Of a DNA stretch of 32,000 nt, positions 27,589-32,000 are shown piece after piece. The first letter of the stretch is position 1; each line of letters opens with the position of its first letter. The DNA lies in NCBI GenBank assembly GCA_030668875.1, contig DAOVER010000002.1, forward strand, positions 1 to 32,000, written 5' to 3'. The notes beneath the pieces were generated by a model. The model was not told the DNA's origin, made no database searches, and saw only the letters and a list, made by a program, of their open reading frames with translations. Source of the DNA: Candidatus Heimdallarchaeota archaeon. GTDB lineage: Archaea; Asgardarchaeota; Heimdallarchaeia; Heimdallarchaeales; Heimdallarchaeaceae. The position numbers were made by a program, and so were the translations under genes.

Positions 27589-28956
27589 ATCGATTCACTT
27601 GATAACCTACTCAAGATTGCAGAACAGCAAGGTACCTCTTATTCAGATATACGTTTTGGAAGAATTGAGGAAAAAAAAATACATACTATTAATGGCGAGA
27701 TTGTCGATGAAATAAATTGTATTAGCTCAGGATATGGTATCCGAATGTTATCTGAAGGAATCGTTACTTTTACTTCTACGCCTGATTTAAAATTCGCTGA
27801 AGAGCATATTAAAAAAGCTGTTAAAACTGCAAACCTTGTATCTAAGTGGAAGAAAGGAATTACCTCCTTAACAAAAGTACCTGTCTCAGAATCCACTGTA
27901 ACTAGAAAAGCAAAAATTAACTGGAAAGATCTTGATAAGACTGAATTCAAGGAACAGATAAGAAACCTTCAAAATCATATTGAAGAGAAATTAAAAGTAA
28001 AAGCTTTAATTGAGACTGATATAGTCTTTCTAAATTGGTCCGAGCGTTTTACAAGTAGTGAGGGGTCAAAGGTTTATCAAGAATACCCCTATGCAATTTT
28101 GACTTTAACGGGTCGAGTAATGCATAATAACACACAAGTAAAATACTATAAAAATTATGGCGGACTAGGGGGAGTCGAAGTATTACCTTTTGACAAACTA
28201 GATGAAACTGATAGTTTTGTTGAGGTAATCAATAATCTTCCTTCAGCTAGATCTATTTATCAGGGAACGACTAAGGCAGTATTAAGTGAGGATATGGCTT
28301 GGACATGTTTACACGAAGTGTTAGGGCACTCATTGGAAGCAGATAATGTTCTTTCAGGTCGTTCTTTTTCAGCAGGTATGCTAGGTATGAAAATCGCTCC
28401 ATCTGTTGTTAGTGTAATTGATGATCCCTATATAGAAACAGTAGGTTATTATGAATATGATTCTGAAGGGATAAAAGGAAGAGGAACTTTACTGGTAGAT
28501 GAAGGTATATTAGCTGATTTTCTACATAGCCGTGCAACAGCTGCGGCAATGGATGGTGAACCTTCCTCAAATTATCGTGCTTTTAGCTTTGAGTTTTTGC
28601 CCCAAGTTCGAATGAGCAACTTCTTCTTTGAACCAAAAGACCATTCTGAAGAGGAATTATTGGAAAATGTCAAAAAAGGTATCTATATTGGTGAAGGATT
28701 AGCGGGATCGGCAGAACCTCAAACTGGTGAATATAATTTCGATGCTCAATATGGTAGAGAAATAGAAAATGGTGAGCTAACAGATTACATCTTGCAGTTT
28801 CAGATAAGTGGTCGTATGACTGAAACCTTGTCAAAAATCGAATGTGTTGGAGATAGACTCCTTGCTCAACCAGGGAGTTGTATCAAAAATAATCAAAGAA
28901 TTTATGTTGGCTCCGTTTGCCCAAAAATATCTATTTCAGAGATGAGAGTGAGTTAG
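27589..28956 (+). CDS. tldD: TldD metalloprotease (455 aa if started at ATC 27589; ORF track start 27745 is internal)
   Basis: HEVLGHSLEAD zinc motif, YDSEG, PQVRMSN. The frame is open from 27586 and encodes the N-terminal SYSDIRF and SGYGIR motifs. Confidence 0.88.
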   Translation: MDSLDNLLKIAEQQGTSYSDIRFGRIEEKKIHTINGEIVDEINCISSGYGIRMLSEGIVTFTSTPDLKFAEEHIKKAVKTANLVSKWKKGITSLTKVPVSESTVTRKAKINWKDLDKTEFKEQIRNLQNHIEEKLKVKALIETDIVFLNWSERFTSSEGSKVYQEYPYAILTLTGRVMHNNTQVKYYKNYGGLGGVEVLPFDKLDETDSFVEVINNLPSARSIYQGTTKAVLSEDMAWTCLHEVLGHSLEADNVLSGRSFSAGMLGMKIAPSVVSVIDDPYIETVGYYEYDSEGIKGRGTLLVDEGILADFLHSRATAAAMDGEPSSNYRAFSFEFLPQVRMSNFFFEPKDHSEEELLENVKKGIYIGEGLAGSAEPQTGEYNFDAQYGREIENGELTDYILQFQISGRMTETLSKIECVGDRLLAQPGSCIKNNQRIYVGSVCPKISISEMRVS

Positions 28957-30309
28957 ATGTACACAGATGATGAGTTAAAAGATACAGCAGTTAGGGTACT
29001 TCAAAAACTTGAGCAGAAGTACAATTTTGAATGTGCTGAAGTTTATATTCAATCTCTTGCACATATGATGGGTGGAACAGAATATCGAACCCCCAAGGTT
29101 TTTCAATCCAATCATCGAGCAGGTTGTGCTCTGAGATATTTTAAGGACAATGAGTTGTTTTTCGCTTGTTTCCCATTACCAACAGTACTCACAGAAATCG
29201 ATAATTTACTCAACATTACAAGTTACCCCATCTCATCAAAAAAGTTTGAATTTCCTGAAATCAGTCTTGGCTCTTCAAGAATTCAGAATATTTACGATAG
29301 AAGAATAGCTTCTCTGAATGAGGAAGAAATGTTCAATTTATCTTATTCTCTCAATCAAGCTGATGAAAACTTCAAAGAGATCATTCTGGATGGTTCTCTA
29401 ATGCTATCACTAGAAAGAAAAGCTATAGCGAATTCTTCACAAGCTGTAGCATTTGAGAAAAGCACTTGGTTTGATATTGATGTTAGGGCTCTCTATCGGG
29501 GCTTTAATATGATTTCAAGTTCCGAGAAGCATCTTACAAGTAGACAGATACCAGCGTCTATTAATAGTATTATTGATGATTTAATCTCTGAAACGATACA
29601 AAAAACTGTCCATGCAGATAAGATTGAAAATATTGAAGTCCCAATAGTGTTCTCCCCAATGGCATTCTCGCAGATATTTTCCTTCTCTTTTGTTCCTCTT
29701 TTAAGTGCAAGTTCAAGTAAGAAATTGTCATTAGAGTTATCTTCAAATTTCAATTTAATAGATGATGGTACTGTTCCAGGTCTACCAAATTCAACTGCTT
29801 TTGATGATGAAGGAGTTAATCAAGTTAAAACAACTGTAATAAAGGATGGCGTTTTTGAACAATCTCTCAATAGTTCACAGTTTCTAGGTTCAAAAGAAGA
29901 AAGATCTGGGAATTCATTCCGAGTAAAAATGTTTGAGTACTTTCCAAGAAATTATCAAGCCTACCCATCCATATTTCCTTCTAATCTTTTAATAGTTGAA
30001 GGTGAGACTTCTTCAGATAATATGATTGAAGAAATATCTGATGGGATATTTGTTAATTCTACACAAGGATATATGACTGCAGACTATCATTCTGGAGCTT
30101 TTAAGGTTTCAGCAAATGATGCCTACAAGATTTCCAATGGAGAAATTGTTGGTACTTTAGACACATTTGATATTATAGGTAATATGTATAAACTTTTATC
30201 AAAAAACCCACTATTTTCCAAAGACAGAAGGGTTGTTCGTCCAAGTAATACTCCTTATAGTATTGTATCACCCTTTGTTGTAACTGATGAATTAACAATC
30301 TTCCTTTAG
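28957..30309 (+). CDS. pmbA: PmbA/TldE, non-catalytic partner of TldD
   Basis: Directly follows tldD; DDGTVPG...FDDEGV, SGAF motifs; no HExxGH. Confidence 0.85.
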   Translation: MYTDDELKDTAVRVLQKLEQKYNFECAEVYIQSLAHMMGGTEYRTPKVFQSNHRAGCALRYFKDNELFFACFPLPTVLTEIDNLLNITSYPISSKKFEFPEISLGSSRIQNIYDRRIASLNEEEMFNLSYSLNQADENFKEIILDGSLMLSLERKAIANSSQAVAFEKSTWFDIDVRALYRGFNMISSSEKHLTSRQIPASINSIIDDLISETIQKTVHADKIENIEVPIVFSPMAFSQIFSFSFVPLLSASSSKKLSLELSSNFNLIDDGTVPGLPNSTAFDDEGVNQVKTTVIKDGVFEQSLNSSQFLGSKEERSGNSFRVKMFEYFPRNYQAYPSIFPSNLLIVEGETSSDNMIEEISDGIFVNSTQGYMTADYHSGAFKVSANDAYKISNGEIVGTLDTFDIIGNMYKLLSKNPLFSKDRRVVRPSNTPYSIVSPFVVTDELTIFL

Positions 30310-30388
30310 TCGTTTATTCATATATCTCTCAATTTTCTAGGAGAAAACAAGTTCGAAAAAGTTTAAAAATACAAATGCTTTCCCAACT

Positions 30389-31936
30389 TTGAATACAAAG
30401 CCCAATTTAATGGTGATTTCATTGGTAAAAAAACGAACATTCTCAGCTATCGCAATATTAGTATTAATGTTAAGTATGAGTATTATATCCCTTTCTCAAA
30501 GTAAGATTGAACAAAATTCAACTCTACCCAGTTTCGATGCAGTATTGAGGCCTGTATTTGCTGGAGGAGATGATAACACAACAGTATTAGTTGCAAGAAA
30601 TGATGCAGTACATAATGGATCTATAATAAAAGCTGAAGCACCTCTTTACTCTAATATGACTACAGATGTAACTATCTGGTACAAATATAATGGTGGAGAT
30701 AATGAGTCAGCGCCTTTATTATTTGGTGATGAGGGTACAAATATTCCTGATGGTTTAAGCTGGGAAGATTCAACTTTAATGACCTATGACAACGAATCCA
30801 CAGTTGAACTTGGTTTTAATGTTTATGCTTATTATAACTACACATTTAACCTGAACTCCTCTTTTATATCATTCTACGCAAGGTTTGGTGAATATGAAGA
30901 TGATTTCAAAATACCCAATATTATCACAACAGGTGTATGGTTAGAATCCTATTTTGTTCAAGAAGAATACACCCAACATGAGGACATTGAGTTAGACATT
31001 ATCCTACATGATTATAATATCACCCAATATGGATTAATGTATAGAGAAGTAGAACCAACACATAGCCTCCCATTTGAGAATGTGACATACTCACTTTCTG
31101 ATGAAGGTGTTCAAGAAAATGTGACAGCAGCAATTGCTCATTCTTTTGAAGCTGGAACTGAATTAGAAATTAGAGCATTTATAGTTCAATATGATAATAT
31201 AACTTCAGAAAACAGAGTTCTACAAGAAAACAAAGTACGTTTAATTACTCTTGTTGATGGTAATCCAGAATTAAGTATAGATACAGAACTATTCACCAAT
31301 TCTAGAGAAATAAGCATTGATTGGTATGCTGAAGCAATTAACTCTAATATTACAGCTGTTGAAGTTGATTGGGATGACGGTACAGTTGTAGAATCTATTG
31401 CAAATGTATCAGTTTATACTATTCCTCACGAATATGCTAGTAGCGGAGAATACAATATTTTTGTAACTGCTTATGCAGGACTCGGAGCTACAACAGAAAA
31501 CATCACTGTACTAATTGAAACTACAGCGCCAACCGGGACTATTTTTATACTTGATGAAGAAGGAAATTCAATTGCACCAAATGCAACAGAAACTATTGAT
31601 ATTTTTGTTGAGAAAAAGGAACTTAAGTTCAATATTTCTGGCACTGACAACATAGGTGGAAGTGGTGTAGAAAAACTCATCATTGAAACCGATGAAGGTA
31701 ATGTAATTGAAAGTCCAGTGGACACAGTATTAACTATTCCATTCCTCAAATATGGTTTCCATGTTGTAACCTTCAAAATAGTTGATTTTGCAGGTAATGA
31801 ATATTCATTCATCATCTATGTAACCTTAATTGAAAAAGAATTATCAACTTATCCCGGTGTTCCATTTCCATTCGGGTTGGTCACCGTAATAGGTCTTATC
31901 GCTGTTACATTAATCTCTCTAAAGAAAAGAAGATAA
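30389..31936 (+). CDS. Secreted, C-terminally anchored surface protein with PKD/Ig-like domains
   Basis: N-terminal hydrophobic signal; VDWDDGT...HEYASSGEYNI PKD pattern; many N-x-S/T sequons; C-terminal YPGVPFPFG + TM + KKRR. Confidence 0.8.
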   Translation: MNTKPNLMVISLVKKRTFSAIAILVLMLSMSIISLSQSKIEQNSTLPSFDAVLRPVFAGGDDNTTVLVARNDAVHNGSIIKAEAPLYSNMTTDVTIWYKYNGGDNESAPLLFGDEGTNIPDGLSWEDSTLMTYDNESTVELGFNVYAYYNYTFNLNSSFISFYARFGEYEDDFKIPNIITTGVWLESYFVQEEYTQHEDIELDIILHDYNITQYGLMYREVEPTHSLPFENVTYSLSDEGVQENVTAAIAHSFEAGTELEIRAFIVQYDNITSENRVLQENKVRLITLVDGNPELSIDTELFTNSREISIDWYAEAINSNITAVEVDWDDGTVVESIANVSVYTIPHEYASSGEYNIFVTAYAGLGATTENITVLIETTAPTGTIFILDEEGNSIAPNATETIDIFVEKKELKFNISGTDNIGGSGVEKLIIETDEGNVIESPVDTVLTIPFLKYGFHVVTFKIVDFAGNEYSFIIYVTLIEKELSTYPGVPFPFGLVTVIGLIAVTLISLKKRR

Positions 31937-32000
31937 TCTCTTCTCTTTTTCTTTTGTAAACCCTTTTTAGTATCCTTTGATTATATCTATTAGTATGTCT

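Overview
AT-rich archaeal DNA, most likely from an Asgard (Heimdallarchaeia-like) genome; this is inferred from gene content only. The window has two parts. (1) Bases ~1-5600 look like the end of an integrated mobile element. It holds short orphan, mostly membrane ORFs, a structured non-coding block (~2040-2490) that resembles a replication origin, and a Cas-less mini CRISPR array (5 identical 37-bp repeats, 4 spacers, 2898-3239). It also holds a hidden 45-aa four-cysteine ORF and a ~439-aa protein with a wHTH / Rep_trans-like / coiled-coil / wHTH layout. An anti-repeat-like sequence sits at the 3' end of that protein's gene, and twin 18-bp palindromes bracket the origin and array. (2) Bases ~5800-32000 are host chromosome: a frameshifted REC-PAS-PAS gene, a REC-5xPAS histidine kinase, two HEAT proteins, and a cluster of an unknown conserved enzyme, aminotransferase, homoserine dehydrogenase and aldehyde:ferredoxin oxidoreductase. 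Further along are three tandem acyltransferase-3 paralogs, two MFS transporters, MBL and HAD hydrolases, tldD/pmbA (tldD apparently starting at ATC) and a surface-anchored PKD-like protein. No cas, integrase, tRNA or rRNA gene was recognised. All family assignments come from reading motifs by eye; no database search was run.
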